NCBI GenBank assembly: GCA_965243305.1
Contig: CBDEUN010000001.1
Span: 293,652-357,651 of the forward strand
DNA from: Arenicellales bacterium
GTDB lineage: Bacteria > Pseudomonadota > Gammaproteobacteria > Arenicellales > JAJDZL01
DNA length: 64,000 nt
Reading direction: 5' to 3'
Shown here: positions 51,144 through 59,743 of the stretch, piece by piece
How positions within the stretch are numbered: the first letter of the stretch is position 1
Layout of the letters: each line of letters starts with the position of its first letter
Translations under genes and position numbers: made by a program
Notes under the pieces: model-generated
Told to the model about the DNA's origin: nothing
The model's database searches: none
Seen by the model: only the letters and a program-made list of their open reading frames with translations

Positions 51144-52244
51144 TTACTGAGCAAGCCATGAATTGAATTGCTCGGACAGGTCATCTGTGTTATCTGCCCA
51201 CCACTCAATGTTGAACAGCAAGGTTGTTTGTGCATTGGCGGGATCAGTTGGCATGTGAGGTGCCATGTCGATACCCAGCGTCGCATGAGTGCTCACCAAA
51301 GGAATGGATGATGCGCGTGTTGGACCATAAGAAATATATTTCGCTTGGTCAGCCAATCTTTGGGTGTCCGAAGCATAACGCAGCAGTGCCAAAGCCTGTT
51401 CACGATGAGGTGCACCTTTTGGAATCACCCAGCCATCAATATCGAACACCTGCCAGTCCCACATCATGCCAATTGGCTGTCCTTCTGCAAAAATAGCGTC
51501 AAAAAGACGTCCGTTGTATCCAGAGGACATTGCGACTTCACCATCGGCGAGCATTTGCGGAGGTTGTGCACCGCGTGTCCACCAAACTGTATCAGCTTTA
51601 ACAGTGTCGAGTTTAGCGAAAGCCTGTGCTACACCTTCAGGTGTGTCCAGAACATCGTAAACCTCATCCGGTGATACACCATCCGAAATCAAAGCCCACT
51701 CAAGATTGTTAAGTGGTTTCTTCTCCATTCCCCGTTTCCCGGGAAAGTTCTCCATATCAAAGACATCGGATATCTTAGTTGGAGCAGGAGATAGCATATC
51801 GGTGCGATAGCCCCAAGTAGTCGAATAGACAATATTTGGAATATGGCAATCCGAGGTTATAAAGTCACCCATATCTTCGCTTGCTGGCGTTCCATCGGGT
51901 GCCGGGTTAAGAATCTCATCGATATCAACTTCTTCAACCAGTCCCTCGTCGCACAATGTAATAGCATCAGATGCGATGGCATCCAAGAGAGACCATGTGA
52001 CGTTTCCGACTTCTGCTTGGGCTCTTAACTTGGCGACTCCTTCAGATGCAGAGTCATCGTTAATGATTGTGATACCGGGATTTTCGGCCATAAATGGTTC
52101 ATGGTAGGCAAGTTGCTGACTCTTTGAATAAGCACCGCCCCACGATACTACCACCAACTCTTGGGCCTGAGCAGTTACAAAACTGCCCGCAAGAACCAAG
52201 GCAGAGGCCGACAAGATTCCGTGTTTAAGAATTGATTTTTTCAT
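51144..52244 (-). CDS. ABC transporter periplasmic substrate-binding protein (PotD/PotF-like, family 1)
   Basis: 366 aa. The signal peptide ends TAQA|QE. Overall SBP_bac_1-like pattern. It is the first gene of the operon. Confidence 0.8.
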   Translation of the reverse strand: MKKSILKHGILSASALVLAGSFVTAQAQELVVVSWGGAYSKSQQLAYHEPFMAENPGITIINDDSASEGVAKLRAQAEVGNVTWSLLDAIASDAITLCDEGLVEEVDIDEILNPAPDGTPASEDMGDFITSDCHIPNIVYSTTWGYRTDMLSPAPTKISDVFDMENFPGKRGMEKKPLNNLEWALISDGVSPDEVYDVLDTPEGVAQAFAKLDTVKADTVWWTRGAQPPQMLADGEVAMSSGYNGRLFDAIFAEGQPIGMMWDWQVFDIDGWVIPKGAPHREQALALLRYASDTQRLADQAKYISYGPTRASSIPLVSTHATLGIDMAPHMPTDPANAQTTLLFNIEWWADNTDDLSEQFNSWLAQ

Positions 52245-52286
52245 TCATAATTCTCCGTTTACAAAGCCTGATTGGCTCATAAATTG

Positions 52287-52322
52287 ACACTTAAGTGTTA
52301 CAAAATTAGACAGTCAACTGTC
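52287..52322. promoter_or_regulatory. Two operator-like palindromes upstream of the binding-protein gene
   Basis: ACACTTAAGTGT (52287-52298) is a perfect 12-bp palindrome. GACAGT-CA-ACTGTC lies at 52309-52322. Both are 43-78 nt upstream of the ATG at 52244. Confidence 0.3.
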
Positions 52323-53026
52323 ATATGAAAAACAAGTTTGTCGTCATGGCATTGAGTATAGGCAATATTTTGTGCGAATGTTGGTAAAAATTTTTCAGAT
52401 CTTTTCGGATAATTTACTGAGTCAACTGTTTGAGTTGCAATCAATTGCAAGGCGGTTGTGCTGTGCTGCAACGAACTAATGCTGGGGCGTTCGCAGTGAG
52501 CGGCGGTTGGTGGCCGATAAACTGGCGGGGAATATGTGAACAGCATTTCTCACGCTCGAGAGATGCGGGCCCTGGTGGTGGATGATTTAGTCAGGCAGTG
52601 CCGTTCCAAGAAGATGGACGGGGTGTCGATTCATTATGATCAAACTGAGAACCGGTCAGTCAAAAGTCATCAGGCGGCGCAGTTGCGAATGAGGTGTGAG
52701 GCGGGCTTTTTCCCGCACGATGCGGCCGAGTAATCACGTAAAGTCCGTACTCGAATAGGTGAAAAATACGCTGAATTAAATTGTGTGGTTGAATAAGCCA
52801 TCAAGCAGTTCTTCAGAATCCAGTTCGCTGCCTAATGAAATAAGATCAAACTCTAAGTTGATCTATTGAGGAATTCAGTACCAAGAACAGTGTAAAAAAG
52901 TGGTTTGCTTGCAAGCCATTTGACATAGATTGAAATGCAGATTCACAAATAAAAAACATAAAATCATACGGTCTGAAAAAAGGCAACAATCTCGAGTTTT
53001 TGGCAAAAGAAACAGGAGCACTGAAT

Positions 53027-54247
53027 ATGGCCGAAATACGCAACCGGCAACATGGGGCGATGGAGTTTTCGCAGCCTCCTGTTGAATTGGACATTGTGCG
53101 AAGATACCGATTAGAACGGGTTAAACAGCAGCTTTGCAGCCGAGACCTGGCTGGGGCTTTGCTGTTTGATCAATTGAACACTCGATATGTAACTGATGCA
53201 ACCAATATGCAGATCTGGTGTTCGCACTACGAAGCTCGCTGCGCATTTGTGGCAACGGAAGGACCTGTTATTTTGTGGGACTTTGGCAACATGCCTCATC
53301 TTGCTGAAAATTTGCCAACAATTGATGAATACCGGGTCATTACACCATTTTATTTTTTTTCTGCCGGATCCCGTTGTGAAGCAAACGCCAAAAAATTTGC
53401 TCAGGAAATTAATGATTTGGTCACCACTTATGGTGGTGGCAATCGCAGGCTCGCTGTCGATCGTTGTAGCTTGTTGGGTATCCATGAACTTGAACAATGC
53501 GGAATCGAATTGATTGAGGGGCAGGATGTCATGGAAGTTGCCAGGGTCATCAAGTCGCCCGAGGAACTGGAATTGATGAAATATTCAGTGCGTGCGTGTG
53601 AAACTGCTGTCTCGAACATGCGCAATGCGATGGCTCCAGGCATTACAGAAAATGCATTGTGGGCGAAGTTGCATGAAACAAACATTGCATTGGGTGGAGA
53701 ATGGATTGAAACGCGCCTTCTTTCATCTGGCCCACGAACCAATCCGTGGATGAGAGAGTCCTCGATGAGAGCTATCCAGAAGGGCGACATGATGAGTTTC
53801 GACACTGATCTCATCGGCCCTTATGGATATTGCTGTGATATGTCTCGTTCCTGGATTTGTGGCGAAGTCAAACCGACGCCTGAGCAGGCACGGCTATATC
53901 AACTGGCTGCAGAACAGATTCGTTTCAACACTGAATTGATAAAACCAGGGGTGGAATTCCGGGAACTGTCCAAAAATGCGTGGCCCGTGCCTGAGGAATT
54001 TCAACCCAATCGATATGGTGTGATTATTCACGGTGTAGGGCTAGCCGACGAATATCCCAGCATCAAACACTACATGGACTTCGACAAAAAGGGCTATGAC
54101 GGTGTATTCGAACCTGGGATGACGCTATGTGTTGAATCTTACATGGGCTCCATTCACGGCGGGGAAGGAGTCAAACTGGAAGAACAGGTATTGGTCACTG
54201 AAACAGGATACGAAATGCTTACCAGTTATCCGCTTGAAGACTGGTAA
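53027..54247 (+). CDS. M24-family (creatinase/prolidase-fold) protein, DddP-like candidate
   Basis: AGGAG lies 8 nt upstream of ATG 53027; the ORF opens at TTG 53000. The pita-bread-fold ligand pattern is FDTD-x9-D ... 64 ... H ... 35 ... E ... 15 ... E. GGEWIETRLLSSGPRTNPW and EPGMTLCVE segments are present. Confidence 0.8.
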   Translation: MAEIRNRQHGAMEFSQPPVELDIVRRYRLERVKQQLCSRDLAGALLFDQLNTRYVTDATNMQIWCSHYEARCAFVATEGPVILWDFGNMPHLAENLPTIDEYRVITPFYFFSAGSRCEANAKKFAQEINDLVTTYGGGNRRLAVDRCSLLGIHELEQCGIELIEGQDVMEVARVIKSPEELELMKYSVRACETAVSNMRNAMAPGITENALWAKLHETNIALGGEWIETRLLSSGPRTNPWMRESSMRAIQKGDMMSFDTDLIGPYGYCCDMSRSWICGEVKPTPEQARLYQLAAEQIRFNTELIKPGVEFRELSKNAWPVPEEFQPNRYGVIIHGVGLADEYPSIKHYMDFDKKGYDGVFEPGMTLCVESYMGSIHGGEGVKLEEQVLVTETGYEMLTSYPLEDW

Positions 54248-54282
54248 ATCAAAAAACAGAGACGAGAGGTTCACCTGTCGCG

Positions 54283-55374
54283 TTAGAAATATCGCTGAAG
54301 CACAATATCGTGTGTAAACTCGAACAGTGAATCGAGAGCCGGTCCCAATTCAGCAATTCTGGGGTCGGTGGTTGTACCCCGGCAGAATCTCGCATAAATC
54401 TGCATAAATATGATGCAGTGTTTAAACGCTGTCAGTACCCGATAGTAATGAAGGTTGGACAGGTCGCGTCCGCTGATCTTGGCGTAGTAGTCTGCAACCG
54501 TCTCGCGGTTCATCCAGCCTGGACTTGTTGAGGTCGGCATTTGTCCAACTTTATTCAGGGCTGGCGGGTCAGTTGGTTCAGTCCAGTAGCTGAGTAGTGT
54601 GGCAAAATCAAATAGGGGGTCTCCCTGGGTACACATGTCCCAGTCCAGCAGTGCGATGGGCTGGGTAAGGTTGTCACGGTTCAGAACTATATTGTTGAGT
54701 TTGAAATCATTGTGAAGCAAGGTGTGCCCAGCGTTGGGAACCGGTTGCTTTTCCAGCCAGTCAATGATCGTCGTGGCTGAAGCAGGGCTGGGACTGTTCC
54801 GATATACATCTTCCGCAGCAACGTGATAGCGTTTCACCCACCCGCGTACTGCACGTTCAAGAAATCCTTCCGGTCGTCCAAGGTCTTGTAATTCCACACT
54901 GCCGGGTTCAACAGATTGAAATTCGACCAGCACATCGACAATCATTTTTGACAGCCGCCATGTCAGACTGTGAAGACTCTCAGGCACATCCATTTGAATG
55001 ACCGCCCCTGGGCGATATTGCATGATTAGAAAAGGTGCTCCCAAAATTTCGGGGTCGTCGCAAAGCAACAAGCCTTTTGGCGCCAATGGAAACTTCCTCC
55101 AAAGTCGTGAAGTGACTCTGTACTCCCGTACCATGTCGTTTGCACCGGGCGGTAGAGGTCCATGTGGCGGGCGGCGAAGTACACAGAGCTCACCATCCAT
55201 CTGAATCAGAAAATTAAGGTTTCCAAAGCCACCAACAAACTGCTTTGGCTCAGGTTCAGCGGAAAATTCGTGACCAAGGCTTTGGAGATACTGCTCTAGA
55301 TTTCGCCAGTTTTCTGGTTGCTGGTGTTCTTGTGAGAAGAACCGGTCTGTTGTGAGTTCCATATTCATTCGCAA
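54283..55374 (-). CDS. Phosphotransferase (APH/choline-kinase fold) family protein
   Basis: 363 aa. The catalytic loop is LLHNDFKLNNIVL and the metal loop is LLDWDMCTQGDPLFDF. Confidence 0.78.
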   Translation of the reverse strand: MRMNMELTTDRFFSQEHQQPENWRNLEQYLQSLGHEFSAEPEPKQFVGGFGNLNFLIQMDGELCVLRRPPHGPLPPGANDMVREYRVTSRLWRKFPLAPKGLLLCDDPEILGAPFLIMQYRPGAVIQMDVPESLHSLTWRLSKMIVDVLVEFQSVEPGSVELQDLGRPEGFLERAVRGWVKRYHVAAEDVYRNSPSPASATTIIDWLEKQPVPNAGHTLLHNDFKLNNIVLNRDNLTQPIALLDWDMCTQGDPLFDFATLLSYWTEPTDPPALNKVGQMPTSTSPGWMNRETVADYYAKISGRDLSNLHYYRVLTAFKHCIIFMQIYARFCRGTTTDPRIAELGPALDSLFEFTHDIVLQRYF

Positions 55375-55603
55375 TTAACAATTTGCCATTTTGCAATCCG
55401 TTCCATATCCAAGGCAACTCTGCAAAAAATCCAATCGCTGTGTGAGGTATGCTCGAAGCTGACGATTATTTTACCTTTGTGAATTTTCTGACCATTCCAA
55501 ATCAGAAACGCCGCTGGCAATTGGGTAACTTTTTCAGAAACATCGCCTGAGTATAATTCCGTGTGATTTTAAGTATTTCAATCACTAATCAGGAGACACT
55601 GCT

Positions 55604-56224
55604 ATGGACCCCACTAAACCTCGTAATCCCGGAAAAGTTGAATGGTCGGGTGAAAACCCAGGCATATACTTCAAGGAAGACCCGGATGGGGACTGGACAG
55701 CACTCGGAATATTTTTCCGCGTTGTTTTATCTCCTCATGGCGCTGGAACAACAATGATTGTGCTGGAAAAGCCGGATGAAGAAGCCGGACTGCCGGATGC
55801 CAATAACATTTGTCTCACTGACAACGAAGAATTGACGGAATATCTGATTTCTGATTACATGTCAAAATTCCCATCTTTTAGAGGGCGAAAAGGCCTACAG
55901 CACATGAGCTATCGAAAGATAGACGAAGTGACTTCACGAGGAGATCTCAGGGAGTATCGGACTGAATCAGTGATTGCTGGTGATCTTGAAGTTGTTATGT
56001 CTTGGCGGGATTTGCAAGAACCCTTTGCAGCTGAGGTGGCAGCTGAAATCGGAGCCACTGGCGAGCATGACATGTACAGTGTTTTCCTTGAGGCAAAGGC
56101 GGCGGAAATTTCCGTTAATGGGCACTATTTCTCGGGTCAACTAACCACTAGGAATTTCCTCGGACGAGAAACAAGCACCGCTTTCATGGCCATTTCAGAA
56201 ACCTGGTTGACTCCGGTTGGTTGA
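55604..56224 (+). CDS. Hypothetical protein, 206 aa
   Basis: AGGAGA SD lies 7 nt upstream of the ATG. The protein is soluble and acidic. No family recognised. Confidence 0.55.
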   Translation: MDPTKPRNPGKVEWSGENPGIYFKEDPDGDWTALGIFFRVVLSPHGAGTTMIVLEKPDEEAGLPDANNICLTDNEELTEYLISDYMSKFPSFRGRKGLQHMSYRKIDEVTSRGDLREYRTESVIAGDLEVVMSWRDLQEPFAAEVAAEIGATGEHDMYSVFLEAKAAEISVNGHYFSGQLTTRNFLGRETSTAFMAISETWLTPVG

Positions 56225-56528
56225 TAGTGAATTTTTGCGTTGTAGACAATTCGGTTTCTACTGTTCTTCATTTGGCTACCTTTTTGAACCGGTTACATTT
56301 TGGTGTCACTAGTGGACTGAGTCTCTCGACTTTTGCCATTTCGTCAATATTCTAGTGAGAATTGATGAGTGTTCGTCAGTGTAAATTTGTTGTTTAATTG
56401 CCAATAAAAACAAAGCATTAAATCACTTATAATGTCCAATTGAAATTCGTATCGCTGAAATCAGCGGTTCAATTTGGCGAATGCTTGAATCACTAGCGAT
56501 TCGACGCTAGCCACTATGTGGAAGCAAA

Positions 56529-57368
56529 ATGGACCAATTACTTGACTGGGGTACTCAACTTGCGCAACTAGCGCTTGATTCTGTTTCGAAATTCATCGAT
56601 TTTCTGCCACAGATTCTGGGTGTTCTGGTTACACTACTGATTGGCTGGATTCTCGCCCGCATCAGCAAATCACTGGTTCTTCGACTCATAGGCGTACTCA
56701 ACCGAGTTCGCCTGCGCATCAAATTTGCAGGCACACCGGTCCTGCCAAATATCAGTGAACCGGTTGCAGTAGTTGTATCAAGGATAGTCTACTGGGCCAT
56801 TATTCTGGTATTCATCGCACTGTCAACTCAGTTGCTCGGACTTGGAATGTTCGCCGATTGGCTTGGTCGGCTGGTGAGTCACCTGCCGAATATTCTTTCG
56901 GGCGTTCTCATAATTTGGGCGGGTGTTGTCTTTAGCGGACTGATTGGTCAGGCAATCAGTTCTACTGCAGTTAATTTACCTGAGTCACAGCGCGCTGCCT
57001 TGTCCCGGGTGGCACAATTGTTCGTGCTTATTTTGCTCATCTTGATTGGCGTCGATCAGATTGGCGTAAACGTTCGGGTTGTGCTTACGATAATGGCGGT
57101 TACCATTGGCGCAGCACTCGGTGGGCTCGCCATTGCTTTCAGTCTTGGTGCTCGGCAGCTGGTGAGCAATTTGATTGGAGTTCGATATCTAAACTCCGAC
57201 TATCGTATCGGGCAGCGTATCCGAATTGGTCAGCATGAAGGTACCATTCTTCAAATTACATCAGTTTCCGTAATACTGGATACAGAAGAAGGTCGTGTGA
57301 CAATACCAGCGCAAATGTTTTCCGATCAGCCCAGCGTATTGGTCTCCAGGGAGCCAGGAAATGTCTGA
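56529..57368 (+). CDS. MscS-family-like mechanosensitive channel protein (TM-helix repeats + beta domain)
   Basis: 279 aa and about 5 TM helices. The C-terminal IGQRIRIGQHEGTILQITSVSVILDTEEGRVTIPAQMF resembles the MscS beta-domain. Confidence 0.6.
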   Translation: MDQLLDWGTQLAQLALDSVSKFIDFLPQILGVLVTLLIGWILARISKSLVLRLIGVLNRVRLRIKFAGTPVLPNISEPVAVVVSRIVYWAIILVFIALSTQLLGLGMFADWLGRLVSHLPNILSGVLIIWAGVVFSGLIGQAISSTAVNLPESQRAALSRVAQLFVLILLILIGVDQIGVNVRVVLTIMAVTIGAALGGLAIAFSLGARQLVSNLIGVRYLNSDYRIGQRIRIGQHEGTILQITSVSVILDTEEGRVTIPAQMFSDQPSVLVSREPGNV

Positions 57369-58191
57369 GGGGCTGAAGCTTGCTGAATATTTTCTCCGAC
57401 AGTACAACGCAGCGGCAGTCAGCGCCATGCAGGAGATGCAGGCAGATGCGGCTGGCGAGTTAATTGATGCAATCGATGATTCATTGAGCGTTTTGACACT
57501 ACGCTCTATGCTACCTCGCACGGCTGCTAAGTGTATAGAAACCATCTCAAAAGCTTCTGCGACGAAATACTTAAGTTGCCTGAAACCCAAAGAGGCAGCA
57601 GCAATTCTACGATATACGACAGACGAGGTGCGAGATGCACTGCTGGCAAAACTGCCCCGTCGTTTAGCTATTCGAGTTTCACTGTTGCTCCGCTACCAAA
57701 GTTCTCTGGTTGGCGCCTGGATGGAAACTGCTTCCGTTACTTTTTGCGGCGATACTCGAATTGCGGACGCAAAGGGGCAGGTGATTGAAGAAGCTTATGT
57801 TTATAGCCAAATCTATGTTGTAGATGATCTAAATGAATTGATTGGTGCGGTTTCAATGGTCGAATTACTGCAACAAAAAGGTGAAGAGCAGTCCGTTTCC
57901 TCAATAATGAATACACCGGTTGAGCCAATTTTTGCTTCGTCGACTCTAAGAAAGGCTGTGGAATCGCCGTTATGGAAAAATAGTGATGTTTTACCAGTCA
58001 TTGATCATGATCGAAAGTTGATTGGAATCGTTCGTTTTATCGACTTGTGGGGCGCGCTGGAGGAACCATCATCAACTACAGAACGTGCTGTTCAATCACA
58101 TTATGAGGTGTTGGGTGTGGCAGAAATTTACTGTCTTCGACTTGCGGATGTAATGGTGACAGCGCTCTCTGCAAATCGCAGAGTAACTTAA
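57361..58191 (+). CDS. Soluble MgtE N-domain + CBS-pair protein (no TM domain)
   Basis: 276 aa. Its ATG overlaps the upstream stop by 8 nt (ATGTCTGA). MgtE_N-like helices are followed by two CBS-like motifs. There are no hydrophobic helices. Confidence 0.7.
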   Translation: MSEGLKLAEYFLRQYNAAAVSAMQEMQADAAGELIDAIDDSLSVLTLRSMLPRTAAKCIETISKASATKYLSCLKPKEAAAILRYTTDEVRDALLAKLPRRLAIRVSLLLRYQSSLVGAWMETASVTFCGDTRIADAKGQVIEEAYVYSQIYVVDDLNELIGAVSMVELLQQKGEEQSVSSIMNTPVEPIFASSTLRKAVESPLWKNSDVLPVIDHDRKLIGIVRFIDLWGALEEPSSTTERAVQSHYEVLGVAEIYCLRLADVMVTALSANRRVT

Positions 58192-58219
58192 CGTTTGCGA
58201 ATATTCGGGAGGTTCGGCG

Positions 58220-59539
58220 ATGACCGAGCAAATTGAACTTCAAAGGGCAGAATCCATCCTAATCACCCGATTTTGCCAAGAGGCACCGCAAAGTGCCGCA
58301 AGCCGCCTTGAAACACTGTCGGTTGAGGATGCCATCGAAATCCTAGAACAGGTGCCCCAGGAAATCGCGCTGGAAGTTTGGTCTGCATTGAGTCCAAACA
58401 TGTCGGCAGATATGGTTGAACTGCTGGACGATTCTGATGCTCTAGCGATATTGAAGGGTATAGATCCAGGCAGATCTGCATCGATTCTCACCATTATTGA
58501 GTCTGAAAGGAGTGATGTTTTGATGGCTGACATGGAGCCATCACTTTCTCGCGAAATCCGCGAGTTGATGGTCTATCCAATTGACACAGCCGGTGCGTTA
58601 ATGGACACTCGTATATTGCTGTTCAAAGGCGATATGACAGCGGATGAAGCACTGCAGATATTGCGAGCCCGCAGATTGAAGCGTAAAGTATCTGAATTGC
58701 GAATTGTGGATGATGAGCAGCGCTTTCGGTCGATTGTAAAACTTGATTCACTTGCGCTAGCCGACCCTGATCAGACTCTGGATGAACTCTCTGATCGAAT
58801 TGTCGTTGTTGTCGATCCGAACGCATCACGGGAAGAAATTATCGAAAAACTGGAAAGCTATGGTCTGGATGAGTTGACCGTAGTTGATCATGATGGACGG
58901 GTGTTGGGTGCGATTCGACATGCCACATTAATTGATGTCCTGAAAGAAGATGTGTCCATTGACATTCAGACTATGGTCGGAGTGAGTAAAGATGAGCGTG
59001 CATCATCTGGAAGTAAGTTCGCTGTCCGCAAACGATTACCCTGGATGCAGGTCAATTTGCTGACTGCATTCGCGGCGGCTGCAGTGGTTGGAGTTTTTGA
59101 AAGCACGATCGCGAAATTTACCGCGCTGGCCGTGCTATTGCCAGTTGTGGCAGGTCAATCCGGAAATGCTGGTGCACAGGCTTTAGCAGTCGCAATGCGC
59201 GGTTTGGCGCTGAGAGAAGTTCAGGTACGAGATTGGCCAAAGATGGTTCGCAAGGAAACGTTTGTTGGCCTTGCAAATGGTGTTGCCGTCGCAATTGTGT
59301 GCGGACTCGCGGTTTATATATGGAGCGGTCAGCCAGGCTTGGTACTTGTGATCAGTTCGTCAATGATACTGGCGATGGTTATCGCTGGAATTGCCGGTGT
59401 GCTTGTGCCGGTAGGGTTGAAGAAAATTGGCCAAGATCCCGCAGTTGCTTCTTCGATTGTGCTCACTACGATCACAGACATTACTGGCTTTTTTGCATTT
59501 TTGGGAATTGCAACTCTGTTTGCCGGATTCTTAGCGTAA
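58220..59539 (+). CDS. mgtE: Magnesium transporter MgtE
   Basis: 439 aa. GGGAGG SD is present. The protein has an MgtE_N domain, a CBS pair and a 5-TM C-terminal domain with PVVAGQSGNAGAQAL and ITDITGFFAFLG. Confidence 0.92.
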   Translation: MTEQIELQRAESILITRFCQEAPQSAASRLETLSVEDAIEILEQVPQEIALEVWSALSPNMSADMVELLDDSDALAILKGIDPGRSASILTIIESERSDVLMADMEPSLSREIRELMVYPIDTAGALMDTRILLFKGDMTADEALQILRARRLKRKVSELRIVDDEQRFRSIVKLDSLALADPDQTLDELSDRIVVVVDPNASREEIIEKLESYGLDELTVVDHDGRVLGAIRHATLIDVLKEDVSIDIQTMVGVSKDERASSGSKFAVRKRLPWMQVNLLTAFAAAAVVGVFESTIAKFTALAVLLPVVAGQSGNAGAQALAVAMRGLALREVQVRDWPKMVRKETFVGLANGVAVAIVCGLAVYIWSGQPGLVLVISSSMILAMVIAGIAGVLVPVGLKKIGQDPAVASSIVLTTITDITGFFAFLGIATLFAGFLA

Positions 59540-59743
59540 ATATTGAACGATTTCGAGGTTGCATAGCTCTCACTGGAGTTAGCACTCGTACTCAAATTCA
59601 TTCAGCGATTATCTTTGCGTTCAACGACAAATCATTGATCCGGCTGATTAGTACCTCTCTAACTCTCCTTGGTTTCTCACCTGAGCGTTATTTGCTTTCT
59701 CTCCAGAGTTGTTAATCAAATCTAATTACCTCGTAGTTTTTCA

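Noticed and set aside
59233-59715. 160-aa plus-strand ORF
   Set aside because: It lies out of frame inside the mgtE membrane domain. The Cys/Arg/Trp-rich translation is typical of an off-frame reading of a GC-richer hydrophobic gene.
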